A stretch of DNA of 62,677 bases, the filler included, from Rhabdomonas costata (Eukaryota): assembly GCA_019059605.1 (NCBI GenBank). It is 24 parts of 24 records of this genome, joined end to end, with 100 filler letters (N's around TTAATTAATTAA, not from the genome) between each part and the next. Parts side by side here need not be neighbours in the genome. Positions count along the whole stretch, not along the records: positions 49,703 to 52,217 come from JAHMHO010003064.1; positions 52,318 to 54,831 come from JAHMHO010003065.1; positions 54,932 to 57,445 come from JAHMHO010003066.1; positions 57,546 to 60,063 come from JAHMHO010003067.1; positions 60,164 to 62,677 come from JAHMHO010003068.1; 19 more parts are not named here. One strand, written 5' to 3'. Below the pieces are notes generated by a model, which saw only the letters and a program-made list of their open reading frames with translations, was not told where the DNA came from and made no database searches. How positions within the stretch are numbered: the stretch's first letter is position 1; every line of letters starts with the position of its first letter. The translations under genes and the position numbers were made by a program. This document shows positions 50,546 through 62,677 of the stretch, piece after piece.

Positions 50546-52217
50546 GATTGGGGCAAGCCTGCAGTTTTGAACCCATACCGCCAAAATATGGGAAGAGTGT
50601 CGGGTCCCCCTCCAGGAGGCCCCGTCTGTCTTGGGGTCTGCGGCGAGCCAGGGCCGACCAGTTTAGAGCCTTCCCTCCGCAACTTGGCGGAGAACCTCCC
50701 GGACAAGGTTGTGTTTCTTTCCGTGACCTCGGCGATGCGGCAATTTTATTTGGAAGTTGCTTAACCCACAATCTTTAGAGCTCAAAAGCCCCAACCTCTG
50801 CTTTAGTGCCCGGAACTGGCGTGCTGGGGGGGGGGGGCGCCAGATCTCCGCCTTAATTGCAGCGTGTTCGTATCCTTCACACAAACCTCTAATTTTTTCA
50901 TATTCTTTGCCTTCTTGTGAAACTACTTGTCACGTTGCTTGCGTATCCGTTCAAAGAGTATATCCATAAGACTGTCTTTCCCTCCGGTTTGTGATTACAG
51001 CCTGTACGAGAGAAGTTGCATATAAGGGGGCCTTTTTTCCTAGCTGCATTTTAATTTGCTGTGCCGAAAAGGCCACATAATGACATATTTTTCTATTGCG
51101 TTGGTTTGGTGACATTTTTCACCATTTTCAAACATTAAAATCACTTTCTGAGCATCAAGGTTCGCCCTTGAAGTTCGCTGGTGACTTTTTTTTGCAGAAG
51201 AATGCAACTCCAAATCTCACTTTTTACATGACCCGTGCCATATAACTCCTGCCATTCTCCCTCTGCCCTCTTTCGGAGTTCAGGTTGTCCCGCGGAACCC
51301 ATACAGCAGGGGACGTGGGCCACAGCTTCGTGGCGGCTACGATACGGGGCCATCGCCAGTGCCCCTTCGCCCTGCCGTTCCCACAGGACTCGAGATGCAT
51401 GCGGATGAACCCAGGCCAACGGGCCCTTCCTTCGCTGCAACCGCCTTGGGCCGTGAAGCAGGGGCTCAGCCGTGGACTTCCTCCGCGTATGCCGAGCTAG
51501 ACGGAAGGCCTTATTCATCTTCTCCATCACAGCCAAGAGAAGCGTCCTTGGGTGATGAGGTGCAATGTTTTTGTGTATGTGTTTGTGTGTGCCTTGACGG
51601 TACCTGCATACTTATCTTTAGCTCCCTCTATAACCGTTTCTGCTTTTTTTAATGGTTCTATGGTATTTGAAGTGAGTGGAATTTACACCCTAATGGGACG
51701 CATACTTTGTAGCGAACCCTTCACGTTTCACTTGATCAGTCGCGCTGACTCATCTCGCAAGTGCTATGTTTTTATCCACACTGGTCGTGCATTGAACAGA
51801 AGCACAGCGCGACATCCGTCCACGTTCAAACCGTAGCAACCCTGCATTCTGAGCCTAAGTTATCCGCTCATTAATAGGGCCCAGAAGTCACACGTGCACT
51901 GGAGTGGGCCGGGATGCTTCTTGTTGTGAGCTTTGCAAGAGTATCCAACTATCAAGAATCCTGAGTATTTCAGCATTCGTGCCTAATTGGTAATTGGTAA
52001 GTGAAAGAGCCATTTCCAAGCCCCTTCAACTTGATACATAGCCTGACGAAAAGTGAATATCGGGCTTGTGTGTTTTGTGTACTTTCCCTTATGGTTTTGT
52101 GTGGTTTTCCTTCAGCCGCCAGGAAAGCTGGAGGTCCGCAATCCATATCGCCACAGCCCCAGCAGCCCGAGGGCACTTCCTTCTCAAAAGCATCTCCCCG
52201 GCCACTACCCCACCCCC
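50546..52217 (+). CDS. Low-complexity Pro/Gly-rich protein with a repeated NPY motif (exons 50546-50707, 51284-51559, 52116-end)
   Basis: Three phase-0 exons join without stops and each starts with an NPY motif: PAVLNPYRQ, VVPRNPYSR, LEVRNPYRH. Confidence 0.55.
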
Positions 52218-53248
52218 NNNNNNNNNNNNNNNNNNNNNNNNNNNNNNNNNNNNNNNNNNNNTTAATTAATTAANNNNNNNNNNNNNNNNNNNNNNNNNNN
52301 NNNNNNNNNNNNNNNNNTGTGTTGGATGTGTTGGCTGCATGTCGTGACACCACTGTGCTGATGTTGTGTGCCGGACTTTGAACACTGGACAATTGAGGCT
52401 TGGAATAAAACTCGTGACACCATTGATTTACAGGTCTGAGATGAAATCGTAATCTAACTTCTGCATTCCTTTCTTGAACATGCATACACCACTATGCAGC
52501 GTGTGAATGGTGGCACTATTCACTGCTTGTGCAGTGCTCACTATTCACTATTCACTGCTCTGCTGAATAGTGAGTACTACTGAGCAGTATAGCAGAGCAG
52601 AGCAGAATCGGCACTTGGTTTTCGGCGACGCACTTGCCCACTCCGTATGGCTCGCAGCAGGATCCTTGGCTTGGGTAATTGGGAAAAGTTCACGTGACTT
52701 GGCTCTGTGAGGGGGTTATTGCAAAGTAGGGCATTTGGCGAGTAAAATTTTTGTAATTGATGTGTTGAGCACTCAATGTCTTGAGGAGAAATTGTGCCAA
52801 TGAATGCAGAGGAAGTTTTGCCCGGTTGCATCCCTTGTGTGTGTTTGGGTCATTGCATTATAAACGCAATGGATGAGGGTTTGCATGCCACTCGAGACTG
52901 AAAGCCCTGAGTCCTGAAACTGTTTCCTTCACCCTCATCGGCCGAACAATCAGCCGCGGGTGTAGAAGACCGCCGCCAAGGTCAAAGGTTTCTTCTGTAG
53001 CTTTCCAAAAGTATGTGCAATTGCAATTATCTTGATGGGACTTCTGAGAACAGCAGGTCGCCAATGCCCTCGAGACAGTTTTTGAGGACATTTTGCATGT
53101 TCTAAATTTTGTGGGTTGCGCGGACAGCGCAACTATTCGATGACAGTGCATGCAAGCATCAAGAAGGCAAGACCCATCGCTCGTTCATGTGTGGCGCAGG
53201 TCCGTTTTGACTCCTTTCTGGTCAGTTGGTGCGGTCGCATCGGTTTAG

Positions 53249-54271
53249 GGTCGCTGACCCCGCTGGAGTTTCGGAAGTATCTCTTCTCCGCGTCGGGCGT
53301 CACTAGCCCGGCGAACAGCTTGGTGGTGGGGCTGGCCAACGGGGAGTTCTTTGGGCTAGACCGGGTCCCCACCACAGGGGAGCTGCGGTGGGCCCTGTGC
53401 AGCAACCTGACCGGGTTCGAGTTCAGCACCTTCCCTGCTGTGGGGTGGGGCGAGGATGTGTGGCTGAAGGGCCTGGGCAACATCACCACTGTCCCGGGGC
53501 GGTTCAACTCCACGACGGGGGTATTTTGTAGCCCTGGTGTTTTGGCATGCGAGGTCTTGGGAAACGAGAGGGGAAAAAGGCCAGTGGGAGAGTCGCACGA
53601 GACTTGACCTGACCTGAAAGCCCGCACAGTTTTTTGAAACGAGGAACGAAGAAAAGGTTGCACTGGAAGAGCGGCACCTGGGGTTTGCTGAATAAGCGAA
53701 ATAAATATTCACGTGAAGCGCTTATCCCGAGTCCTCACCGTTAAATGGATTCCAAACAAATGCTGGGATGATGTAGATGAGAACAGGGAGAAGTACAGGA
53801 GCCAGGTGTTAAGTCCATCCTGAAGATGCTAGGCAAGCGCAGTTGGTTGAGCACCCATTAAATCGTGCTTGTAATACCCCAGTGAGGTTTTCTAAGAAGC
53901 TCCCAGCAGACGAGGAAGTGGTGGTCCCCCCAAAAAAATAAATAGCAACGGAAGTGAACTCCAAAAGGTGCAAACATTGTGTGCGTTTTCTTGTGTGGGG
54001 GGGTCCCAATATGGGGCATCGCGGGAATACTGCCGGGCTGTGTCTCCCGGCACTGCGTTCTTGGATTTGGTCCTAGAGCTGGTACCATGCTGCCGCGGCC
54101 GCTCCCGAAGTGGTGGTCTCCCCGGTGTATTACGCCTACTTCCCGTACCTCCCCTCTGGCGGTGCTCTGGCACTGACCGTGGTAAAGGCTGGGCGGGACC
54201 CCGGGGGCACGGTGCAGTTCGTGGCCTCTTCAGTGACCACCCTGCTGCACTTCGACGACTTCCTTAAAGAG
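53249..54271 (+). CDS. dCache-type extracellular sensor domain (receptor cyclase/kinase-like), exons 53249-53520 and 54077-54271
   Basis: VVGLANGEFFG...RFNSTTG/SWYHAAAAA...SPVY...LALTVVK...LLHFDDFLKE corresponds to the Cache motifs G..NG.F, YDP..RPWY, WS.PY and L..L..FL. Confidence 0.75.
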
Positions 54272-55123
54272 GTCTGCCCCCGCCCCGCGCCTCGCTTTGC
54301 ACAACCGAAGTTTTTTCAGTGTTGGGTCGGGAGGAAGTCGTCCAAGTTGCATTGTCGGGCCATTCGGTCCAACCAGTTCTTCAGTTTCCTGTCGCCTTCG
54401 TCTTTGCGCCGCTCATAATCAATGAGAGGGCGGAGGTGGGGAGTCTTGGAGATCTCACTGACCGTCGTTGGAGCGTTGAAGGTGCTTGGTTATCGTCTAT
54501 TGCTCCCATTCCATTCCCACGAAGGTACCCCCTTTGCCCACACGCATGTACACACACGCAACCCAACACGCACACACACACACACGAGCAAAGGAGCCAG
54601 GGCAGGAAGATCTGACAGTTATGCAGTGGCGGTGAGCCGGTACCCTGTGGCGACGCTGCAGCTGGAGTTGGCTGGAGGTGAGCACCCTGACAATCTATGA
54701 GAACATGCTCTGCACCGGCCAACTCCAGGCAGCTTATGAGTGGAAGTCAGGGGATTAGAGAACTGAAAACTTGAGCTTCATCTCACCGCCAACACGCACT
54801 TGGACCTCCCAGGTAGGCGCGCCCCAACCCCNNNNNNNNNNNNNNNNNNNNNNNNNNNNNNNNNNNNNNNNNNNNTTAATTAATTAANNNNNNNNNNNNN
54901 NNNNNNNNNNNNNNNNNNNNNNNNNNNNNNNGGGTGTGTGGGGGAGAGAAACGCGAGTCTTCCCCAGAAAAAAGTCATCCCGGCCAAGTGCACAAAGTGT
55001 GCGTGTGCGTGTGCGTGCACGTATGTGGCCAAAAGCGGCAAAAACGATGAAAATGCAGGACGCACGCACAATGAATTTTCACAAGTGCAGATTTCCCTGG
55101 AACTTTATTGATACGTATTCCAG

Positions 55124-55766
55124 ATATGGTTTGCCGGGAACGTCCGCCTGTCCAAGGTGTTCCTCTCGTTGGGGTGCTGTATTGGCTGGCATTTCGTTTC
55201 AAAAAAAGCCCTTTCCGAGACGGAGGTTTTTCACGTGTGGCGGATTACCCCCAAGACGGAGCTTGATGCCCTGACGCATGCCTACGAAATGGTGCGGTGC
55301 CCTGCTTGCTTTCTTGTCCTTGTGAATGATGCTTGGGTAGATACGGTTTAGCCGAGGCGTTCTCGTGTGCAGATCTTTTTCCGGCTTTATTTTTCGGGGG
55401 TGGGGGGTCACGGCTCGTTCACCGTGCCCCCCATCCTTACACCCCACCCCGACTAGTGGGTCAAAGACTGATTGATCGAGATATAGGTATACTGACCATT
55501 GTGACGAAGATCCTAATTTCAGGGAACACGAGATCCCGGCCGAGGGTGAAAGAACGGGCTTCGCAGCGTTCGATAAGGCCTCCCATTTCTCCATTTCTCG
55601 GGCACAGGGGCTGCGTGCCTTTATGGCTGGAGATTTGGAAGCCGCGGAGCAGGCCCTGGTCAGGGCCACCAGAATCGCAGCCGATGATGGCCCCACAAGG
55701 CTTCTGCTTCAGCTATGCAGATCTGGATCTAGTTGGGATGGCGTGATCCGATTGCAGCACAAGTGA
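55124..55766 (+). CDS. C-terminus typical of class III adenylate/guanylate cyclases (exons 55124-55296, 55487-55766)
   Basis: QGLRAFMAGDLEAAEQALVRATRIAADDGPTRLLLQLCRSGSSWDGVIRLQHK* matches the tail GL..Y..GDW..A......DGPS..YL.RC...WDGV..L..K. Catalytic motifs are not visible. Confidence 0.7.
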
Positions 55767-58438
55767 TGCAGTTCCGCCCAGTAACGTTGGACAGAGGTGG
55801 GTACCTTCCATCTTCAGTCAACTGCACTTGTATTTACGTACGTATCTGTGTATGTGTGTGCGCGTTTGCTTGTGCATTTCTTATCAGTTTGGCTTTGCTT
55901 CTTCCTCGCATGGTTGTATTCCCCCTCCCCCACCCCTCTCCGAACTTCCTTGTGCACCTTGTGTACGAGTCCTGCTAGTGCACGAGTCATGCCACATTCT
56001 GGAAAGCTTGTATTTTCGGGCGCTAAATCCGTTGCCTATGGTAGGTACACCAACTTCTTCATGCATGTTCTTTTCATTTTGGATGGTCATTCGAGCCGGG
56101 GATCGGTGTGCAAGTGTCAGAAACTCGCTCTTCTTCGTTTATCTATGCAAAGTCTGCTCCAATCAACACGCGTTGACAGAAAAACAGATGCAGCAGCTAG
56201 CGCTCAGCGCAGTGCCTGGGAATTGCTAGTGAATGTGTGGTTTCCCTGGGGTTATCACGAACTCTGTTCCCACCACGTGGTGCTCGTAGCTCTTCTCGCA
56301 CCCCTCCGCAAGTCTCTATTGTACGTGTGCGCTTCTTCCCGCTTTCGGTGTGCGCCCCTTCTGCTCCGCTGTGCTCCGCTAATTCAAAAACCCATTCCCT
56401 TCTCAACACTTTACCCCTCCTCCCCCCGGCACAGCAATTTTGTATCTGCACACTCCACTCCAAAAATACAACAGACCGCCGTCCAATAGTACGTCCAATA
56501 GTAGGTCACACTCGGTTTGGGTTCGGATCCCACCGCAGTCCTTGTATGCAGCGTGTTCTTTATGGCCTGCTAGCTGGGACGTTTTCCAATCCTATGCGCT
56601 GTACATCGAAGGACGCGAAGTTGGCCCTGGAACGTTTTCTGGTGGAGTGTGCATTGGAGACGACCTTCCAAGCCAGCAGCCAGTTAGACTGTCGTGAAGG
56701 AGCCAATGGACGAATGGGAAAGGGGCTGCGGAAGACGAAGTAGTTTGTACTTCTTGACAGCAATCTCCCACATGGCCCGCTGCTTGTTTATCCACTTGAA
56801 ATGTCGATGTGGAACAACGTCATGGACGTGTTTATAATCAGTGACTGGTAATCCGACCCAAGAAATGTGGAGGACCCAGCAGGAGAATATCCGGTTAATA
56901 CCCAGAAACCCATTTACTTTAGGGTAGTCATGCTTCAAAATTAATTGGTCATTGCTTCTTTTTGCTTGCCGTTTCGGCATGTATGCGCACCCTCCTTTTA
57001 ATGTGGAAGTAAGAGTCTTCGAGTTTTTGAAGTGGAGGTTACAGTGAGACACCGTGTTCCGTGCAGTGACAATGGTCGCTGTGGTAAGCAACTCACTCTG
57101 GCTGTCGCCGATCGGTGGGGCACTAAGGAACAAGCTGGGGCTGGTATCAGGTGATATTTCTGATTGTGCCCGCACATCCGACCGAAGCGGTTCCTTGTTC
57201 GCGCCAATGTGCTTCCTCCGATTGTATGTTCGTGAGGGTCGCCACGTGCACCCAGTAAATCAACGGTATGTGTCTTGCTAGCCTGGCGTTCTTGCTCAGA
57301 ACCTTTGTGTTCAGAACAACGCACCAAAAAGTTAAGGTTTGGGTTCCCTTTCACCCCACCCGTTGCACCTCACCATTGTTTCGTCCTCCCATCTGCAATA
57401 ATGCCTACCTCAGAGTGTATGGTGGTTTTGGAGTGGAGCATGATCNNNNNNNNNNNNNNNNNNNNNNNNNNNNNNNNNNNNNNNNNNNNTTAATTAATTA
57501 ANNNNNNNNNNNNNNNNNNNNNNNNNNNNNNNNNNNNNNNNNNNNGTGGGGGGTGAGAGTGTGCGCCGTCGCCCATCCCCACCCCTACCGCACAATTCTC
57601 GGGGTGCCATCCGGCCCCCAAGAAAGCACACGGCTCCCCGTGTGTTTGGGGGGAGGATGGGCACGGCGCACACTCTCACCCCAACGCCCGCCGTGTTTCC
57701 CAGCACGAACAGCAGCACCGTAAACGCGCCAAAAAACCAACAGGTGTGCAGAACAAGCAGCACAAGGACACGCCACAGCACACCGCGCCAAGGCGCTCTC
57801 TGTGTGTGTGGGGGGGACCCGCCAGCAGGTGGTGAACACGGAAACCACTTGATGATTCATAGGGCCACTGGCAATAGCTTGTTGTATGACTTTCAGTGCC
57901 TTGCATATTCCCGCTTAAGTGTAAAATCGCTTTATATTGGTGAACTCTTTCAATCTTTATAAAGAAGTTAAATACTCTGAAGTGGTGTGTAGGCGCACAT
58001 GGTAGCGAGCAAAACAGACATGCGTGCCGGATCCTCCGAAGACCTGGGGTTGCGTATGTTTGATTGCGTTGGGCGCGCGATGAAGGATGGAAATACACAA
58101 AACGCACACGCAGGCAGCAACACGTTAATTACCCACCACCGTCGGTCCGGGGCAAGTTCGCGGCTCCGTGCAGCATCGCTATTTTTCCTCGCCAGCTGCT
58201 GCGCGCTGCCCGCCAACAAATGCCTGACAAAGTCTTCAGTTATTTCTCCCCCACCCAGATCATTTATTGCTCATATCCACTCAACCGCAAAGAATGCGAA
58301 TGGTGATACCCATCCACCAAGGAAACGTTCCAACATGCCATTTAGTTGCAACATGCCAGCCTGTTTACATCAGCTCAGCAAGAAGCCACTGGGTTGGGCT
58401 CCATTCCACGTGGAGATGCCGAGCTACACTATACTACA

Positions 58439-59912
58439 CTACAGCTCAATCACCTGGGTCCCTCGACCATGCTCGGGACGGACGGGAGCAGCTGCGGCTG
58501 TCCGCCCGCGTGGCCTGCGCCAGCTCAGATTTGGGAGAATTTCCACGTCCTTCATGGTGGCTGGGACATCCCTTAGCAGCCGCTTGAAGAAAGGGCTGAC
58601 CACAAGGTCTGTGGGGCGGAGGCTCTTGCGGCAGATAGGGCACTGCCAGGTGTTCACTCCACCCTGACAGCCAGCGAAGCAGGAGAACTACCGCCGCCAA
58701 TGGCGCAAATAAGGCCTCCCACTGTTTGTTGCGCAGAGTGTTGGAAATGGGATATGTCTCTCTCAGCTGTGCAGTGGTGTTTCGAGTGCTCTAAAATCTC
58801 AAAGTACTCAAAGTCAAAGGTCACTGAAATAACTATTCATGGTAACTACGGGGTGTTTCCTAACATAAGCAGTCACCTACACACAGTCCCGTCCACGGTA
58901 TCAACGTGAGATTTGGCCAACCTTTTCTCTCGAAGTCTTTCAAAGAAGGCATGTCCGTCAGCCTACGGAAATGGTAAAACTGAATCCGTAATGGGGGCGG
59001 GGGAGCACACGTCGATGTTGCTTCGGGCGTCTCCTCTGCACGCCATGACGAGGTAGGTTTTCAGGTCGAAGCATTGCAGGTGCTGGCAGCGGATCCCACG
59101 TGCCGGAATGGATATCCTAGTCAGCGTTAGAGGACAGCTCAAGCTGACAGTTAGGCAGTCACAGCTCACTCCTTCCTGGTCAGCCATCATGTCCTTGATC
59201 AACTGAGCCTCCTGAGCGGCAGCGCAGCAAGCATGCAGGCATCAGGGCTGTTGAATACTTCGAGCGACTCTCTATTGTGTGTTCTATTGTGACGCCACCA
59301 TGTGGCTTCAACCGACACTATAAAGGGACAACGAAGGAAGAAGTGCCCGAGGGTTGCAGATCCGAAAAGAGCCACCCCGTACCCGTCTTTTTCAAAGCCC
59401 TTAAAAGGCCAGAATGTACCTTGATGGCGCCGCACACCCGCAAAGAAGTCAGGACCGAGAGAAGCCGCTAACTTACTCTGGAGTGCGAACCAAGGTATAC
59501 CCCGATTCAAAGCAGGTCTCTGTCTTTTAACCAATTGTACAATGGCCCCGAATCTCAGGCGAGTACTCCCAGTAACATGCATTACAAACCAACGTTCCAT
59601 CTGCGAAGGCGTTGCAAACGGTGTGTGTGGAGTGAGGAGTGCGACCTGAGAGTGGTCAAATGGGGAGGACAGACAGTACTCCACGAGCTGTTCCACCAGG
59701 AGGGCCTGTTCTGCGGGGTCAATCACACCCTGGCCCACGGTCTTGCTCAGCAGGGCGGCTGGGAACAGCGCTGGGTCCCGCCCCGCGCAGAGCAGCACGG
59801 TGCAGGTCAGCTTGTCCCGGACCTTGCGGAGATACGCCGCCACGCTGGCCGTGTAGACCTTGGGCGGGAGTTTCCGGAACGACTCAATGCGCTGCTCCAC
59901 TTCGTCAATAAA
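58439..59912 (-). CDS. SP-RING (MIZ zinc finger) SUMO E3 ligase, PIAS/Siz-like, 3' exons (59912-59646, 59211-59011, 58663-58439)
   Basis: VSLSCPLTLTRISIPARGIRCQHLQCFDLKTYL...TWQCPICRKSLRPTDLVVSPFF...VEILPNLSW. Introns are phase 0, and the protein ends in SIM-like VIEL*. Confidence 0.92.
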
Positions 59913-60744
59913 CTACGAATACGAAAAGAGTAGGGTAAATTAGACAGCCCCCTTCCAGGGCATGCAGTGAGACGTACTGGTCATCCTGGTGGAACCGTCA
60001 GAAACGGAAAGGTATAACACGGAATCCAGAGCGCATCATAGGAGTTCCGGGAGTGTCCCAACANNNNNNNNNNNNNNNNNNNNNNNNNNNNNNNNNNNNN
60101 NNNNNNNTTAATTAATTAANNNNNNNNNNNNNNNNNNNNNNNNNNNNNNNNNNNNNNNNNNNNGTTTTTGGGTCTAATGTGACCAGGCATTCAAGGGATG
60201 CCGACCGCTTACCGGGGAGCTGATTGCGCTGATGACGCGGGTATTTCATCTGCATTTCAAGGTGACATTTTTTTTGGGAGAAACGTATATTTTTCTTGAA
60301 CCTCCAGACGCAACGGATACAGGAGCGAGTTCGTGTCCACCAGTTTGGGGAGCACAGCAGGGTGAGAATAAACAACTGAAGAATGCCCAGACATGTGCGG
60401 AGAGCCCATGAATGATGGGAAAGCCATGGTTGAGATCTAGATTTGGAGTCACCATGTTCGCTTGGGGTCCTGCTCTCCTTTATTGTCTGCCGCCCTTTCT
60501 CGTGGCTTCCACCTCTCTTCTTTTTCCTCTCCTTCCCTTTCACTCTACGCAATCAGCTCCCCGGTAAGCGGTCGGCATCCCTTGAATGCCTGGTCACATT
60601 AGTTCTGACGCTACCCCATTCCCGTTCTGCGCCCCTCCGACCTCCATTTGTTCGTGTTTGGGTGGGTTGTACGATCATGGACCGGACTTACAGGGAGGGT
60701 TCACTTCCATTCCCCACAGTATGCAATTGCAAAAACCCTACCAG

Positions 60745-62309
60745 GTGCGGACCGTGTACGCCCACGGCAACCTCCCCAAGGGCTCCACCCCTCTGTTGGT
60801 CGCCGTGCACTCCCAGAACCTGAAGGCCGTTCAGCTTCTGCTTGGGGCCCGGGCCTCCCCCCACACCAAAACCGACCCCACTCCGTGTGGAGCCACCCTG
60901 ACCCCTCTCTCCCTTGCCGAGAAGATGCTCAAGGAGCATGAGAGCTGCCAGCTTTACCCCGACAGCGCGCAGATCCTGCTGCTGTTGGTGCAGGCGCAGG
61001 TCATCCCGGCCTCCGTGAAGCCGACTGAGAAGCGGCACCCCCTTCTGTCCATTCTGTGGATCTCCACCTCGTCGAACTTCTCGCCCAGCACGCACCACCT
61101 GCGGAGGCTAATCGAGAAGTCGGGCTCGTTGTGCCTGCGGACGGTGAGCTGCCCGGCGTGGGCCTGCCAGTGGGGGTACGAGGACAACCGCAAGCGGCTG
61201 GATCGCCAGCGCCTCGAGGAGTGGTCCGCCGAGGTGTTCGACATGTTTCTGAGTGACCTCGACGACACCGCGACAGAGCCCTTGACGTGGCTGCAGACCG
61301 TGGTGCTGGAGCTCGACGACCCGGAGAGGTTGCAGGTCTGGGACTTCCTGGTGAAGAAGCTGCAGCGGCACATCGAAAGCCGGCGTGGGGACTCCGGGGC
61401 GCCCTGGCTGAAGATCCTCACCTTTGGTGCGTAGGCTGCCCCCCCCCCCTCCGGGAGATTTAAGTTGTTTGTGTAGTCGCCTAAGTTTTCGATATTATTT
61501 AGGCGCGATTTTTTTTACACCACGTAAGAAGTTCATGTGGTTTTGTGGGTTGTATCCGCTGTTTTTAAGGGCCCCATAGGGAAGAAGCGTGTGCAGCCGC
61601 GGGTAGGGAAGTGGGTGGATGCATCCTTCTTGAAAAGAGCCTAGTTCTGCAAAAGTTGAACACCACCACCACTGCTGCTGCTACTACAACTGCCACCAAT
61701 TGATCAATATCTGTTCACTGGTGCAGATTAGGGCAGTTTTGGCTGGCGTCAGCTTTTCCTTTTTGTTCATTGATACCCGTCATGAAATGCTGCATTCCCT
61801 GTTGCAGTTGCGTCATCATGCCTTTTCGGTTATGAAGCGTTGGTGGCGGAACATTCTTTCCAACAGGTTGTCGACCTGCTGTGGTTGTGTCTTTTTGTGA
61901 TTTTTTTTTGTGTTTATTCGCCATCCTTACACATCAAAATGGTTTGGGAGGGACATCACGGCGGATGACTAACAAAAACGTAATCATTGGTGGGAGGCAG
62001 ATTGGTGTCACTTGGTTTCCTGCCTCCCCCCTCCCTCCACACGGTCTCCTTTACCTCAGCGTTCGGCTTCAAGGGGCACCCCTTCACGAAAGACCTCGAG
62101 GAGAAGCTCTACATCTGCGACCGCGCCAGCGAGGACGACCCGGAGAGCACCTTCATCCTGTTCAACACGGCGATTGCGAAGCACAAGAACATGCACGTCG
62201 TGCCCGCTGAGCACGAGATCCCTCACGGCCAGGATGACCCCACGGAAACGGACTGTGTCCCGCCTGTGATGGCGATGCACACCCTGCTGCAGGAGAGCGT
62301 GCGCCACTG
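60745..62309 (+). CDS. Ankyrin-repeat-containing protein, internal exons (60745-61426, 62060-62309)
   Basis: GSTPLLVAVHSQNLKAVQLLLGARASP...TPLSLA is an ankyrin motif. A phase-1 GTGCGT..CAG intron joins LKILTF/AFGFKGHPF. Confidence 0.75.
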
Positions 62310-62677
62310 GTGTGACCGCCCTCTTCGTTTGCTGGCTTTTTTCCTCCGCTTTTATGTGTGATATGACATGCCTTCAGCTGTGAATCTTTTTCTAGGGAAC
62401 ATGTGGATCGCCCTCTAACTCCCGGCGAGATCAAATATCTTGTCCTGGAGGACACGTGCATCCTTGTGGACAGATTTATACTTCCACTCTGTTTTTCAGT
62501 TGACTCCCACACAAGATTGCATCACCTTGTTTCCTTTTACTTGCACTTCCCCCAGACGTTTCCTCTTGTAAACCGTAACACTCGGGCAAGTCTTTGGACC
62601 AGTCATTGGTTGGCCTCCTCTCCATTCCGCTCCTTTTCTCAGCTTTTCCCCTGTTCCCCCAAATATCCCACACAACC

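Noticed and set aside
51143-51152. ACTTTCTGAG resembling the start of the Euglena spliced leader
   Set aside because: Only 10 nt match, and the rest of the leader is absent.

Overview
This window is not one locus. It is 24 unrelated contigs of about 2.5 kb joined by artificial 100-nt spacers (N44-TTAATTAATTAA-N44). Most contigs come from an intron-rich microbial eukaryote with GC3-rich exons and GT-AG introns whose donors are usually GTNYG rather than GTRAG. A euglenozoan-like protist is plausible but not proven. Hand-spliced gene fragments include a LysM protein, an EFCAB10/RIIa-like docking-domain protein, a PKD/REJ protein, two ankyrin proteins, UDP-glucose 6-dehydrogenase, eIF2B-epsilon, an ARM-like protein, a histidine kinase, an ABCA transporter C-terminus, a dCache sensor, a class III cyclase-type C-terminus and an SP-RING SUMO ligase. 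There are also decayed CRE-like and Penelope-like retroelements and a TA-flanked MITE. The most notable item is contig 18322-20838: a very AT-rich, intronless, gene-dense fragment with Mimiviridae-type AAAATTGA early promoters upstream of two paralogous CxxC zinc-ribbon genes and an F-box/TPR gene. It looks like a giant-virus fragment, either infecting or endogenised. G/T-only contig tails and terminal fold-back repeats point to whole-genome-amplification artefacts, so adjacency claims need caution. All protein calls are from motif recognition by eye, not database searches.
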